64,000 nucleotides of DNA from an uncultured Desulfobacterales bacterium. GTDB lineage: Bacteria > Desulfobacterota > Dissulfuribacteria > Dissulfuribacterales > JAMONC01. Of the stretch, positions 54,420-63,976 are shown piece by piece. The position numbers and the translations under genes are program-made. The stretch spans positions 540 through 64,539 of the forward strand of contig CAZODM010000002.1 in the NCBI GenBank assembly GCA_964578585.1. Direction: 5' to 3'. Each line of letters opens with the position of its first letter. The first letter of the stretch is position 1. Under the pieces are notes generated by a model. It saw nothing but the letters and a program-made list of their open reading frames with translations, ran no database searches and was not told the DNA's origin.

Positions 54420-54950
54420 TGGTAAATTCTTACTCTGCTCTACTTAATGGTGGTTCCATATATCTATGTAATTCTCATCCTCGTCTATCCTCAAAGAGTA
54501 TTGCTATCTAGCTGTAGGATAATAACCAGTCCTTATATCTGTCTTTGGAAATGCTACCTCTATCGCTCTTTCTAACCCCTTTATATCCAAAACGAAAACT
54601 TCCTTTACTCCTCACTAATAACTCAAGCCAAAAGCAGCTAGATTTCCATATCATTCACCCAAAATCCTTAACTCCCCTTGTTTACCTCAAACATAGATCT
54701 CCTTTTCATCTATCAAGCCCCATTATCTTATAAAATACAAGTCAATCAAGACTAGGGCTTTTCACTTTCTTTATGGCTCTTACTTTGCTTTTTATTTCTA
54801 ATATTCTTGCCTATATTCTTTTTACCCAATTGGTTCTATTCTACCTCTAATTTCCGTAAGTTATTTTCTCATGTCACTTTGTATATCTTATCCCTGATAA
54901 CCATAAAAAACTATGTGGACTGGAGTGTTATTCCTAAAGTTGGGGCATAA
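54420..54950 (-). mobile_element. Second decayed, internally deleted IS256/Mutator-family transposase remnant (inverted relative to 25960-26650)
   Basis: Minus-strand reading gives RGRIEPIG*KEYRQ (DR.G.FEP.ivKkyQ), ALVLIDLYFIR (flDa.y.kvR), GVKEVFVLDIKGLERAIEVAFPKTDI, and FEDRRG*ELHRYMEPPLSRAE (kDRk...dLk.IY.Ap..e.Ae). The 44-nt core 54536-54579 is 40/44 identical to 26490-26533. Confidence 0.7.
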
Positions 54951-54951
54951 G

Positions 54952-56382
54952 TTATCCCTTTATACACGCTAAAGGTCTTAGACGAATTACCTTTTTGGCA
55001 AGTCCAGCTTCATGAGTAGCGTTTACTACTTGTGTAACATCTTTATATGCATCAGGAGCTTCTTCTGCTGCCCCTCTCTTACTAGCACACATAACTAATA
55101 TACCCTTTGCTGCCAGTTTATTAATAACTTCTTTGCCTTTCCACCTCTTTAATGCTTGGCGTCTGCTCATTGATCTACCTGCTCCATGACAGGCAGAACT
55201 AAAACTAAGAGACTCAGATGTATCTAGCCCCACTAAAATATATGAATATGTTCCCATTGTGCCACCAATTAAAACAGGTTGTCCCACAGTACTTAACATA
55301 GGAGGAAGCCCTTTTTGACGAGGTCCAAATGCCCTAGTTGCTCCTTTTCTATGAACAAAAAGCTCTTTTTCTTTACCATCTATTATATGACGTTCTACTT
55401 TGCAAGTATTATGGCTTACATCATATAGGGTTCTTATTGCTGCATTTTCAAAAAACTCATAAAAGACCTGTCTTGTTAAATGTGCAATAACTTGTCTATT
55501 GGCAAGAGCACAGTTTATACCACAACACATTGCCTTAAAGTATCTTTGACCTTCTGGAGAATAAATTGGGGCACATACAAGCTCTTTTTCTCTTATTGGA
55601 ATGTTGTATTTTTGAGATGCCTTTGCAAAAACAGATAGATAATCTGTACCAATTTGATGTCCTAATGCTCTTGATCCACAATGTATAGAAATAACAATCT
55701 GATTAAGTTCTAAGCCAATAGCTTTAGCTGAATCTTTACAAAATATTGCATCTACATATTGAATCTCTAAATAATGGTTACCTGAACCTAGAGTACCTAC
55801 CTGTCTCGCCTGCCTTTCTTTGGCCGTTTTTGAAACACAGCTTGGATCTGCATCTTTTACAAAACCTTTATCTTCAATATATTCTAAGTCCTCCTTTAAT
55901 CCATAACCACGTTCAACCGCCCATTTTGCCCCTGCTACAAGAACTTCATCAAGTTTTGATGGAGAGAGTTTAATTTTCCCTTCTGAGCCTACTCCAGCAG
56001 GTACTCTTTTATAAAGAGCCTCTATTAATTTTTTAAGCTTTGGCCTTACATCTTCAATAAATAATCCAGTAATCATTGTACGAACACCACACGATATATC
56101 ATAACCAACACCACCAACAGAGATAATTCCTCCTTTGTCTGGATCAAATGCAGCAACACCTCCAATAGGAAATCCATAACCCCAATGTGCATCTGGCATC
56201 GCCATAGATGCCCTTACAATACCTGGTAAGCACGCAACATTTATAAGTTGTTCTTTGACCTTGTCATCCATATCTAAAATAAGGGCATCATCTGCAAATA
56301 TCCATGCAGGTACATTCATGGCATCAGTCTTTGGTATTTCATAATGACAAGGTCCTATCTTTTTTAGTCCTTTTATGTTCAC
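54952..56382 (-). CDS. rtcB: RNA 3'-phosphate/2',3'-cyclic-phosphate ligase RtcB
   Basis: 476 aa: LPGIVRASMAMPDAHWGYGFPIGGVAAFD, GGVGYDISCGVR, GSGNHYLEIQ, HCGSRALGHQ, ACHGAGR. Confidence 0.96.
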   Translation of the reverse strand: MNIKGLKKIGPCHYEIPKTDAMNVPAWIFADDALILDMDDKVKEQLINVACLPGIVRASMAMPDAHWGYGFPIGGVAAFDPDKGGIISVGGVGYDISCGVRTMITGLFIEDVRPKLKKLIEALYKRVPAGVGSEGKIKLSPSKLDEVLVAGAKWAVERGYGLKEDLEYIEDKGFVKDADPSCVSKTAKERQARQVGTLGSGNHYLEIQYVDAIFCKDSAKAIGLELNQIVISIHCGSRALGHQIGTDYLSVFAKASQKYNIPIREKELVCAPIYSPEGQRYFKAMCCGINCALANRQVIAHLTRQVFYEFFENAAIRTLYDVSHNTCKVERHIIDGKEKELFVHRKGATRAFGPRQKGLPPMLSTVGQPVLIGGTMGTYSYILVGLDTSESLSFSSACHGAGRSMSRRQALKRWKGKEVINKLAAKGILVMCASKRGAAEEAPDAYKDVTQVVNATHEAGLAKKVIRLRPLACIKG

Positions 56383-56413
56383 AAATAATGCTCCTTTTTA
56401 AGCTTAATGTCTT

Positions 56414-56857
56414 TTAAACATCAACTACACACTGGGCGATCCAGTGACTATTTTCTTTTTTAACCTTTAGTTCACAATACGTAGCAGCTTTTACCTCTAG
56501 TCCATCAAGACAAATATCTTCTGTAAGAGGAATGCCCTTAGCTTTAGCAAAACAAGTTAATTTAACCTTATTAATTGTTATATCAAAATCAAAAAAAACT
56601 AGTCTTAAAAGATCAGATTTTGAAATAAGAGTGTTTAAAAACTCAACAAAGAGATACTCAATATCTATTGCACTACACTTAAATGTAACCTCTTTTGTCT
56701 GAAAAGATTTAATATCCTTATCTGTTATCTTTTGGATATTGGGATACATTAAAGAAAAAAGGGCAGTTGCTGCCATCTTAAATGCCTCCTCAAGATTGCT
56801 ACCAATCCCCCTTATACCAATATCTGCACCATGATCAAAAATCTCCCAATATCCCAT
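56414..56857 (-). CDS. Archease (RtcB activator)
   Basis: 147 aa beginning MGYWEIFDHGADIGIRGIGSNLEEAFKMAATALFSLM, and ending with KAATYCELKV...WIAQCVVDV. Confidence 0.88.
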   Translation of the reverse strand: MGYWEIFDHGADIGIRGIGSNLEEAFKMAATALFSLMYPNIQKITDKDIKSFQTKEVTFKCSAIDIEYLFVEFLNTLISKSDLLRLVFFDFDITINKVKLTCFAKAKGIPLTEDICLDGLEVKAATYCELKVKKENSHWIAQCVVDV

Positions 56858-56858
56858 A

Positions 56859-57095
56859 TCAGCCCTCTTTATTTAGTCCCCATTCTATCCAACCCCAGAT
56901 AGAAAGAGCAGTAAAAATTACAAACAAAGCAGCCTGAGCATAGATCTTATAATAAATATCTACAAGAACCCACCCCATATTGGCAACAGTATAGACAGCA
57001 AAACAGATTCGCTTCTTTTTAACATTTAATACCGCTCCCAATATACTAAGAGCTGTTAGCAACCATGTGATTATCTCTTTTAAGTTTAAGTTCAT
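56859..57095 (-). CDS. Small 3-TM membrane protein resembling a single PnuC/NMN-transporter repeat
   Basis: 78 aa from ATG 57095 (the track start is TTG 57131). The pattern ITWLLTALSILGAVLNVKKKRICFAVYTVANMGWVLVDIYYKIYAQAALFVIFTALSIWGWIEW matches the PnuC N-terminal three-helix unit, including the terminal (I/V)YGW..W-type motif. Its stop is 1 nt before the archease ATG. Confidence 0.55.
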   Translation of the reverse strand: MNLNLKEIITWLLTALSILGAVLNVKKKRICFAVYTVANMGWVLVDIYYKIYAQAALFVIFTALSIWGWIEWGLNKEG

Positions 57096-57294
57096 ATAAT
57101 ACTTAAAACTTAGATTTATAAAAAAGTCCAATAATAAAGTAAAAAAGATTTGACAAAATAAAAATATTTTGGTATTTTAATACTTAAATAATAAAAATAT
57201 TTTGTTTAATATTTTTTTATATAAAACAGATAAGAAAAATAACAAAAGGTGCAAATGTTTTAAACAATAACCTTTAACTAAATAGGAGGAGCAA

Positions 57295-58959
57295 ATGTTT
57301 TGTTTCCAATGTCAAGAAACTGCTAAAAACACAGGATGTACTATTAAAGGAGTTTGTGGTAAACCTGAGAGAACTGCAAATCTTCAAGATCTCTTAATCT
57401 TTGTCTTAAAGGGTATTTCTGTATATGGGGAAAAGTTAAAAGAGCTTGGAATGCCAGACAGAAGCAACGATGACTTTATTGCACAAGGACTATTTTCAAC
57501 TATAACAAATGCCAATTGGGACGATAATCGTTTTATCTCTATGATAAAAGAAGGCTTAAATCGAAGAGATCAGCTAAAAGACAAATTCTTAAAGGCATAT
57601 CGAGAAAAATACGGTAAAGACTTTGATGAACCTCTTCCAGATGCTGCTACTTGGTCACAAACAGACCCTAAAGCCTTTGAAGAAAAGGCAAAAACTGTAG
57701 GCGTACTCTCAACAGAAGATGAAGATAAAAGATCTTTAAGAGAGTTACTTGTAATTGGCTTAAAAGGCATAGCTGCATATGCAGAACATGCATCTGTATT
57801 AGGGTTTCATGATGATAATGTAAGTGATTTTATTATTGAAGCCCTTGCCTCTACAACTAAAGATTTATCCATAGATGAAATGTTTAATATGGTTATGAAG
57901 GCAGGGGAAATAGCTGTTTCTACAATGGCCCTATTAGATAAGGCAAATACCTCACACTATGGCCATCCAGAAATTACTGAAGTAAACATTGGAGTGCGTA
58001 ATAACCCTGCAATCTTGATATCTGGACATGACCTTAAAGACTTAGAGGAACTTTTAGAACAAACTAAAGGTACTGGCATAGATGTATATACTCATGGTGA
58101 GATGCTCCCTGCAAACTATTATCCAGCCTTTAAAAAATACGACCATTTTGTAGGTAACTATGGTAGCTCTTGGTGGCATCAAAATAAGGAATTTGAAGCC
58201 TTTAATGGACCTATTTTACTTACTACAAACTGCTTAGTACCACTTAAAAAAGACAATACCTATCTAGATAGACTTTTTACTACAGGAGCGGTTGGATATG
58301 AGGGAGCAGTTCATATACAGGATCGTCCTAAAGGTGGAGTCAAAGATTTTTCTCCTATCATAGAAAGAGCAAAAAGTTGCCCTCCACCAACTGAATTAGA
58401 ACGTGGTAAGATTATAGGTGGTTTTGCACATAATCAGGTACTTGCTTTAGCAGATAAGATTATAGATGCAGTTAAGTCTGGAGCAATTAAACGCTTTATA
58501 GTAATGGCAGGATGTGATGGAAGGCACAAGACAAGGAGTTATTATACTGAAGTTGCTAAAAAACTTCCTAAAGATACTGTCATATTAACCGCAGGATGTG
58601 CCAAATATAGATATAATAAGCTAGACTTAGGTGATATTGGAGGTATCCCAAGAATACTTGATGCTGGTCAATGTAATGACTGCTATTCTTTAGCAGTTAT
58701 TGCTCTTAAACTAAAAGAGGCATTTGGACTAGATGATATCAATGATCTACCAATCTCTTATGATATTGCATGGTATGAACAAAAGGCAGTAGCCGTGTTA
58801 CTTGCTCTTTTATATTTAGGAGTAAAAGGGATTAGGTTAGGACCTACTCTTCCTGCATTTTTATCTCCTAATGTAGCAAAGGTCTTGGTAGAAAAATTTA
58901 ATATTAAACCAATAAGTACAGTTGAAGAAGACATTGCTGCTATGATGAAGGGTGAATAA
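57295..58959 (+). CDS. hcp: Hybrid-cluster protein / hydroxylamine reductase Hcp
   Basis: 554 aa with the N-terminal Cys motif [23 protein letters not shown], and the hybrid-cluster ligand contexts ([37 protein letters not shown]). Confidence 0.96.
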   Translation: MFCFQCQETAKNTGCTIKGVCGKPERTANLQDLLIFVLKGISVYGEKLKELGMPDRSNDDFIAQGLFSTITNANWDDNRFISMIKEGLNRRDQLKDKFLKAYREKYGKDFDEPLPDAATWSQTDPKAFEEKAKTVGVLSTEDEDKRSLRELLVIGLKGIAAYAEHASVLGFHDDNVSDFIIEALASTTKDLSIDEMFNMVMKAGEIAVSTMALLDKANTSHYGHPEITEVNIGVRNNPAILISGHDLKDLEELLEQTKGTGIDVYTHGEMLPANYYPAFKKYDHFVGNYGSSWWHQNKEFEAFNGPILLTTNCLVPLKKDNTYLDRLFTTGAVGYEGAVHIQDRPKGGVKDFSPIIERAKSCPPPTELERGKIIGGFAHNQVLALADKIIDAVKSGAIKRFIVMAGCDGRHKTRSYYTEVAKKLPKDTVILTAGCAKYRYNKLDLGDIGGIPRILDAGQCNDCYSLAVIALKLKEAFGLDDINDLPISYDIAWYEQKAVAVLLALLYLGVKGIRLGPTLPAFLSPNVAKVLVEKFNIKPISTVEEDIAAMMKGE

Positions 58960-58966
58960 TTTTAAA

Positions 58967-59015
58967 AAGCCCTCTTAGATTAAAATTCAATACATCTAAG
59001 AGGGCTTATTTTTTC
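58967..59015. terminator. Bidirectional intrinsic terminator between convergent hcp and priA
   Basis: A perfect 14-bp stem, AAGCCCTCTTAGAT (58967-58980) with ATCTAAGAGGGCTT (58994-59007), is flanked by A-runs upstream and a T-run downstream. Confidence 0.8.
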
Positions 59016-59016
59016 A

Positions 59017-61140
59017 TTAAAGAATTGTCTCTGGATCCACATCTAGCTCTATCCTTATATTCTTATTCACCTTTTCAATATCTGGTAAAAGCTCTTTAAT
59101 AAAATTATAAAGAACCTTTAAAGATTTTGCTTTTAACATTATGTTCCATCTATACGCCCTTTTTAAACGAACAATTGCACATGGAGCAGGACCTAATATT
59201 ATAAGATCAGCAGAACTTAACTTTTGTTTTTCAAAAATATTATCACAGAAATTTCTTATATTATAGGAAGTCTCCTCAACTATTTTTTCATCTTTACCAG
59301 TAATTCGTATGTTTATAATACGTACAAAAGGAGGATATAAAAATTTCTCCCTACGCATTATCTCTTCTTTATAAAAAGAAAGATAATCATGCTTAATAAC
59401 AGCCTCTAATACGTAATTTTTAGGTAAACTTGTCTGTATTATAACCTTACCTGATAAGTCCCTTCTGCCTGCCCTTCCTGAAGCCTGTGAGAGTAACTGA
59501 AACGTTCTTTCTGCTGCATTAAATTCTGGAAAATTAAGAGAATGATCTGCAAATAAGACCCCAACAAGACAAAGTGCAGGAAAATCATGTCCCTTTGTAA
59601 TCATTTGTGTCCCCACAATGATATCAACTTTATGCTCATATATTTGTCTTACAACTTGATCCAATAGCTTAGGAGTCACCGTGTCTCTATCAAACCTCAA
59701 AATCTTTGCACTTTGAAATAAATTTCTTATGTCTTTTGTGATACGCTCAGTACCCCATCCATAAGCCTTTATGGCACTACCTTTACACTTAGGACAAATT
59801 GGGGGGGCAGGTAGCTCAAAGCCACAATAATGACATATAAGTCGCTCACTATCTTCTGCTTTATGCCAAGTAAGAGATACTTCACAATTTTTACACTTAA
59901 AGACATATCCACATTCAGAACAAAATACATAGGGTGCAAATCCTCTTCGGTTTAAAAAGAGCATTACCTGTTGATCATTAGATAGAGATTTTTCTATTTC
60001 TTTATAAAGCTTTTGTGATAACCATAAAGGAAGCTTTTTTTTCTTTTTTGAGCTAAAGGATTCTTCTTTTAATGCCCTTGCCCTTTTTTTATCTACAAGT
60101 TCAATTACTGGTAACTTAGTTCCTGTTGGTCTGGATTTTAGTGTAAGAAGTTTATATTTTCCAATAGTTGTATTATAGAAACTTGTTATTGATGGAGTTG
60201 CACTTCCTAATACAACTGTAGCATTAGACATTTTTGCCCTTAATACTGCAACATCTCTCGCATTATACTTAAGTCGCTCTTGCTGTTTATAAGACCTATC
60301 ATGTTCTTCATCTACAATTATTAATCCAAGCCTAGAAACAGGAGCACAAACTGCAGAACGTGTTCCAATTACAAGTCGTCTCTCACCAACTCTAACCTTG
60401 TACCATTGCTCAAGACGCTCTGCCTCTGTAAGTCCACTATGAAGTACTGCAAGCTCATCTTTAAATTTGGAGGCAAAACGATTTATAAGTTGGGAAGTCA
60501 TTGCAATCTCTGGAACCAACACCAAAGAGCCTCTAAGTTGTGATAAACACTGTTCTACAGCCCTAATGTATACTTCTGTCTTTCCACTTCCTGTTACCCC
60601 AAACAATAAAAAAGGAGAAAAGGTCTCAGAATTAATTGCCTTTTTTATGCTCAAGAGGGCACAATCTTGCTCTTTACTGAGTGTGATTTTATTGGATTTC
60701 TCCCAAGATATTGCTTCAAAAACCCTCTTAGGTCCTTTAGATAATCCTCGTTCTACTTTTGCAATCTTTTTTTTAGATTTAGGCAATAGTCCTGCTGGTA
60801 ATAGCTCAGAGACTACTAATCCAATAGGATAGTAATAATATGCTGAGATCCATTCAAAGATAGGTTTTAACTCTGGTGGTACTATCGGGTATTCATCTAC
60901 CACATCTATTACATCTTTTATTTCGTTAGAGTCCTTAGATGGGCAAATAAGCTCTGAGTCTTTACTCCAAACAATACCTATAGCCCTTCTATTTTTTACA
61001 GGAACAATAACCCTCTTACCCCAACAAATTTTATGAGATAATGAAGAAGGGACTCTATAGGTAAGAGGGCTCTTTATAGGAAGCGGTAAAATGACCTCTA
61101 CAAAGAGCCCTGCTTGAAATGCATTTTTACCCTGAGACAT
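59017..61140 (-). CDS. priA: Primosomal replication restart helicase PriA
   Basis: 707 aa: Walker A GVTGSGKTEVY, DEAH-like IIVDEEHD, and the Cys-rich zinc-binding insert (CSECGYVFKCKNCEVSLTWH...CHYCG...CPKC). Confidence 0.95.
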   Translation of the reverse strand: MSQGKNAFQAGLFVEVILPLPIKSPLTYRVPSSLSHKICWGKRVIVPVKNRRAIGIVWSKDSELICPSKDSNEIKDVIDVVDEYPIVPPELKPIFEWISAYYYYPIGLVVSELLPAGLLPKSKKKIAKVERGLSKGPKRVFEAISWEKSNKITLSKEQDCALLSIKKAINSETFSPFLLFGVTGSGKTEVYIRAVEQCLSQLRGSLVLVPEIAMTSQLINRFASKFKDELAVLHSGLTEAERLEQWYKVRVGERRLVIGTRSAVCAPVSRLGLIIVDEEHDRSYKQQERLKYNARDVAVLRAKMSNATVVLGSATPSITSFYNTTIGKYKLLTLKSRPTGTKLPVIELVDKKRARALKEESFSSKKKKKLPLWLSQKLYKEIEKSLSNDQQVMLFLNRRGFAPYVFCSECGYVFKCKNCEVSLTWHKAEDSERLICHYCGFELPAPPICPKCKGSAIKAYGWGTERITKDIRNLFQSAKILRFDRDTVTPKLLDQVVRQIYEHKVDIIVGTQMITKGHDFPALCLVGVLFADHSLNFPEFNAAERTFQLLSQASGRAGRRDLSGKVIIQTSLPKNYVLEAVIKHDYLSFYKEEIMRREKFLYPPFVRIINIRITGKDEKIVEETSYNIRNFCDNIFEKQKLSSADLIILGPAPCAIVRLKRAYRWNIMLKAKSLKVLYNFIKELLPDIEKVNKNIRIELDVDPETIL

Positions 61141-62022
61141 TTATTTAATATATGGCTTTATAAGATCAATTAGATATTTTTTAAATTTAGCTCCTAGCTC
61201 TGGGTGTTCTAATGCAAAGTTAACCGTTGCCTGCAAGTATCCAAATTTATCACCTGCATCAAAACGTTTTCCTTTAAACTCATATGCATAAAGCTCTCTT
61301 TCTTTTCTAAGCATATCAAGAGCATCTGTTAACTGGATCTCTCCACCCACCCCAGGAAGTGTTCTATGTAAACAGTTATATATCTCTGGCCTTAAAATAT
61401 ATCTACCAATAATAGCCAAATTAGAAGCCGTCTCTGATGGATCTGGCTTTTCTATCATTTTAGTAACACGCCAAACACCTTCTGCTACTTCCTCACCTTC
61501 TACAATACCATATCTATATACATCTTCATGTGGCACCTTTTGTACAGCTACAACTGATTCATTGTACTTCTCAAATATCTTTAACATTTGATACACACAA
61601 GGTACTTCAGCATCTACAAGATCATCTCCTAATACTACTACAAAGGGTTCGTCTCCAATAACACTTTCTGTTACCATTACTGCATGTCCAAGCCCTAGTG
61701 GTTCCTTTTGTCTTACAGAGACCACCTCTATAAGCTGTGAGATATGTTTTACCTCCCTTAATAGATCCAGCTTTCCCTTTTGAGCCAAAAAGGTCTCTAA
61801 CTCAAAAGAGTAGTCAAAGTGATCTTCTATAGCAGACTTACCAGATGCAGTAACAAGCACTACTTCATTTATGCCAGAGGCAACAACTTCCTCAACAATA
61901 TATTGTATAGTAGGACGATCTACTATTGTTAGCATCTCTTTAGGAATTGCCTTTGTGGCAGGCAAAAAACGAGTTCCAAGACCTGCCACAGGAACAACAG
62001 CTTTTTTTACCTTCATATCCAC
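61141..62022 (-). CDS. galU: UTP--glucose-1-phosphate uridylyltransferase
   Basis: 293 aa: KAVVPVAGLGTRFLPATKAIPKEML, VRQKEPLGLGHAV, VLGDDL, EKP. Confidence 0.93.
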   Translation of the reverse strand: MDMKVKKAVVPVAGLGTRFLPATKAIPKEMLTIVDRPTIQYIVEEVVASGINEVVLVTASGKSAIEDHFDYSFELETFLAQKGKLDLLREVKHISQLIEVVSVRQKEPLGLGHAVMVTESVIGDEPFVVVLGDDLVDAEVPCVYQMLKIFEKYNESVVAVQKVPHEDVYRYGIVEGEEVAEGVWRVTKMIEKPDPSETASNLAIIGRYILRPEIYNCLHRTLPGVGGEIQLTDALDMLRKERELYAYEFKGKRFDAGDKFGYLQATVNFALEHPELGAKFKKYLIDLIKPYIK

Positions 62023-62071
62023 CTCCTTTCATAAAAGGACTAACGTCCACCCTAAATAAACAATAAGGATT

Positions 62072-63976
62072 TTAATCTTCAAGGGTAGAGGTATCTCCAA
62101 CATCTAGACCAAGCTCTTGAGCCTTTAACAGCCTCCTCATAATCTTACCGGATCTTGTTTTGGGTAACTTATCTACAAATTCAACTTCACTTGGAGTAGC
62201 AATAGGACCAAGTTCATGTCTTACATGACGAATTATAGTCTTTCTTAATCCATCAGAAGGCTCTTTACCCTCTCTTAATACTACAAAAACCTTGATTCGT
62301 TCACCTTTTAACTCATCAGGAAGACCTATTGCTGCAGCTTCTGCAATAGCAGGATGGGATACAAGAGCATTTTCAATATCTGCTGTGCCAATTCTATGTC
62401 CTGCAATATTAACTACGTCGTCAGATCTGCCTAGGACAGAAAAATATCCCTCCTCATCACAAACTGCTATGTCTCCTGTGTTATAACAACCAGGTATTGT
62501 ATTCCAGAGTTCTTTATATCGTTCAGGATTACCATAGATTGTTCTAAGCATATATGGAAGGGGCTGACGAAGTACAAGATAGCCCCCCTTACCTGCAGGG
62601 ACAGGGGTACCAGTAGAATCAACAACATCTGCTAAGACCCCTGGCATAGGTTTGCCAGCGCGTCCTGGCTTATTAACCATAGCAGGCATCGTTCCAAGGA
62701 TAGGAGCAGCAACCTCTGTCTGCCAGAAGTTATCTATACAGTGACCATTGTGTTCAAGAATAACTTCTTGTGCAAAATTCCATGCCTCCGGATTTAATGG
62801 CTCTCCTGCACATGCAAGGATTCTCAAAGTAGAACGATCATATTTCTTTATATGTTCCTCTCCAAATCTCATGAACATTCTAATTGCAGTAGGAGCAGTA
62901 AACATTACAGAAACACCATATTTTTGCACCTTCTCCCATACAACTCCTGGATGAGGATAATCTGGTGCTCCTTCTCTTATAAGAATTGTTGCACCAGCAC
63001 AAAGTGGGCCATATACAATAAATGAATGCCCAACGATCCAGCCTATATCTGATGTAGACCAGTAAACATCTTTATCTTTTATGTCAAAAAAGGCCCTTGC
63101 AAGATAATATGTGCCCACCATATAGCCACCATGTACATGGACTACACCCTTAGGCTTTCCTGTTGTACCAGAGGTATAAAGAATAAATAAAGGATCTTCA
63201 GAGTCCATAATCTCTGGCTCACACTTATGTGAATGGTTTTGAAGGAGTTCCCAAAAGTCTTCTTCCCAATCATTAAGTTCAATTTTAGGTTCTTGTCTTC
63301 TTAAAACAATGACTGTCTCAACAAAATCTAAATCTTTTAAGGCTTCATCTACTGTAGCCTTAAGTCTTACTACTTTACCCCTCCTATAACCAACATCTGC
63401 ACAAAATACAGCCTTTGCTTGAGAATCTTCTATACGAGACTTAAGCGCACCTGCTCCCATTCCTGCATATACAACAGAGTGAATTGCTCCAATTCGAGCA
63501 CAAGCCAGCATTGCTATAACCCCTTCTATAGTAAGGGGCATATAAATTACAACTCTATCTCCTTTTTTAATACCCTTAGCCTTTAGTCCATTAGCCAATT
63601 GGTTTACTCTATCTCTAAGTTGTCCATAAGTAGCAACTAATTCATCACCTTCTTCAGACAACCAAATAATAGCAACCTTGTTTCTTCTCCAAGAATCAGC
63701 ATGTCTATCTAGTGCATTAAGGGTTATATTAGTTTTACCACCAACAAACCATTTATGATTAGGCAAATCTATTTCTCTTACCTTTGTCCAGGGCTCAATC
63801 CATTCAAGTTCTTGTGCAATTTGTCCCCAAAAGCCCTCTGGATCTCTAATTGAATAGGCGTATACAGAATCATAGTCTTTTATAAAAGCCTGATCTTTTA
63901 CCCGTTGAGGAGGATCATATTTTTGATTAATTTTCGTTAATGCCTCTATCAATGCATCATAATTTTTACCATCCAT
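62072..63976 (-). CDS. acs: AMP-forming acetyl-/acyl-CoA synthetase (Acs/PrpE family)
   Basis: 634 aa: YTSGTTGKPKGVVH, TGD...DEEGYF.V.GRSDDVVN..GHRIGTADIE and KTRSGKIMRRLL. Substrate (acetate or propionate) cannot be decided by eye. Confidence 0.88.
   Translation of the reverse strand: MDGKNYDALIEALTKINQKYDPPQRVKDQAFIKDYDSVYAYSIRDPEGFWGQIAQELEWIEPWTKVREIDLPNHKWFVGGKTNITLNALDRHADSWRRNKVAIIWLSEEGDELVATYGQLRDRVNQLANGLKAKGIKKGDRVVIYMPLTIEGVIAMLACARIGAIHSVVYAGMGAGALKSRIEDSQAKAVFCADVGYRRGKVVRLKATVDEALKDLDFVETVIVLRRQEPKIELNDWEEDFWELLQNHSHKCEPEIMDSEDPLFILYTSGTTGKPKGVVHVHGGYMVGTYYLARAFFDIKDKDVYWSTSDIGWIVGHSFIVYGPLCAGATILIREGAPDYPHPGVVWEKVQKYGVSVMFTAPTAIRMFMRFGEEHIKKYDRSTLRILACAGEPLNPEAWNFAQEVILEHNGHCIDNFWQTEVAAPILGTMPAMVNKPGRAGKPMPGVLADVVDSTGTPVPAGKGGYLVLRQPLPYMLRTIYGNPERYKELWNTIPGCYNTGDIAVCDEEGYFSVLGRSDDVVNIAGHRIGTADIENALVSHPAIAEAAAIGLPDELKGERIKVFVVLREGKEPSDGLRKTIIRHVRHELGPIATPSEVEFVDKLPKTRSGKIMRRLLKAQELGLDVGDTSTLED

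Noticed and set aside
54545-54733. A 62-aa plus-strand ORF in the ylxF/rtcB gap.
   Set aside because: It is antisense to the IS256-type remnant. It is Pro/Leu/Ser-rich, as expected from the complement of purine-rich decayed coding sequence, and it has no RBS.
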